64,000 nt of DNA. Origin: Vicugna vicugna. Taxonomy: Eukaryota. Every line of letters starts with the position of its first letter. The first letter of the stretch is position 1. Of the stretch, positions 63,267-64,000 are shown one piece after another. The notes under the pieces are model-generated. The model was given only the letters and a program-made list of their open reading frames with translations. It searched no databases and was not told the DNA's origin. Location: assembly GCA_013265495.1 (NCBI GenBank), contig MU058065.1:4381003-4445002 (forward strand), in the 5' to 3' direction. The position numbers and the translations under genes are program-made.

Positions 63267-64000
63267 TGTATCCTTTGTTGTAGTATCATACAGAATATTT
63301 TCATTCACTGCCCTAAAATCCTCTGTGATCTGTCCATTTATCATTTATCTACATTTTTAGTACCGTAATTTAGGCTACATGATGGTCAAACAAAGCAGAA
63401 CCCGTTTGGACCTCTAATGCAGGACAAATGGAAGAAAAACACTTTTCAGCAGTGCTCAATAAACATTTGGCCAATCCCGTGGGATGACATGCCCTTACCT
63501 CAAAAAACCTTGGTGATGATCTAAGAGTCTCACTTTAGGAGTTGAGTCTTCCCAAGTATATAAAACATCGGAGATGACTTGAAATGACATTAAGCCAAAA
63601 GCTTACTATAAGAGGTGTAATAATTACTGAAAAGCTAAATAGAAACTTCAGCCAAAACAGAACTTGTTTTGAAGAAAGCATCTCCATTTCACAGGGCAAA
63701 GACTGCCACTCCACACAGCCGACGGGATAGTTGCTGGCAGACGGCCAGCTCCCTGGGCTGTGGCTCACTTCTGTTCCACAGATCATGGTCCCAGGATATT
63801 TCTAAAATGAGTCACTTCACTGCCACATTAATGATAGCACAATTCATTCTGAATCATAGAAAACAGCACTGGAAGTTGGAAATTTAATCAAATCCTTGGC
63901 ATTTCCAATTAGGATTATAAGGTGTTTTATGTCATTCTTTCACAGCATTTCAAAATGACACAAAAACTTTTGCTTTACTCTCAGAACAAATCATCCCCAA

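Larger units (their letters stand above)
61134..63343 (-). mobile_element. L1 3' end in three collinear pieces (about 61134-61208, 61986-62172, 63267-63343) separated by LTR inserts
   Basis: The pieces read in consensus order: 'ggagcagtcttgtgttcacagc', 'ggtacatttgttgctattgatggacctacattaacatatgattatcacccaaa', 'agtatcatacagaata..cactgccctaaaatcctctgtg'. Confidence 0.8.

Noticed and set aside
1..64000. CRISPR arrays, operons, rRNA, intact retroviral genes, NUMTs
   Set aside because: No spaced repeat arrays, gene-dense ORFs, or gag/pol/env or mitochondrial similarity seen; the sequence is mammalian non-coding DNA

Overview
AT-rich, CpG-depleted mammalian non-coding DNA (long intron or intergenic region). 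It is most likely from a camelid, based on a Vic-type tRNA-derived SINE at 56351-56476, matching young L1 3' ends, and no Alu, B1, Bov-A, PRE-1 or Can-SINE seen. I recognise no protein-coding exon, functional RNA gene or CpG island; the ORF track appears to be chance ORFs or transposon remnants. A large part of the window is transposon-derived: L1, L2, MIR, hAT MITEs, a mariner transposase relic, and MaLR/ERVL/ERV1 LTRs. The best-supported structural oddities are (1) an ERV remnant (short internal stub + polypurine tract + complete LTR) inside a MaLR LTR, (2) a roughly 3 kb stack of nested LTRs inside an L1 fragment, (3) an L1 with a 5' inversion joining distant parts of ORF2, (4) a possible miniature L1 3' transduction, (5) a decayed tRNA-Ile(AAT) copy, and (6) a diverged double-AATAAA module repeated 1.34 kb apart. 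I found no convincing novel biological system. Repeat family names come from recalled consensus resemblance, not a database search, and boundaries without a TSD are approximate.
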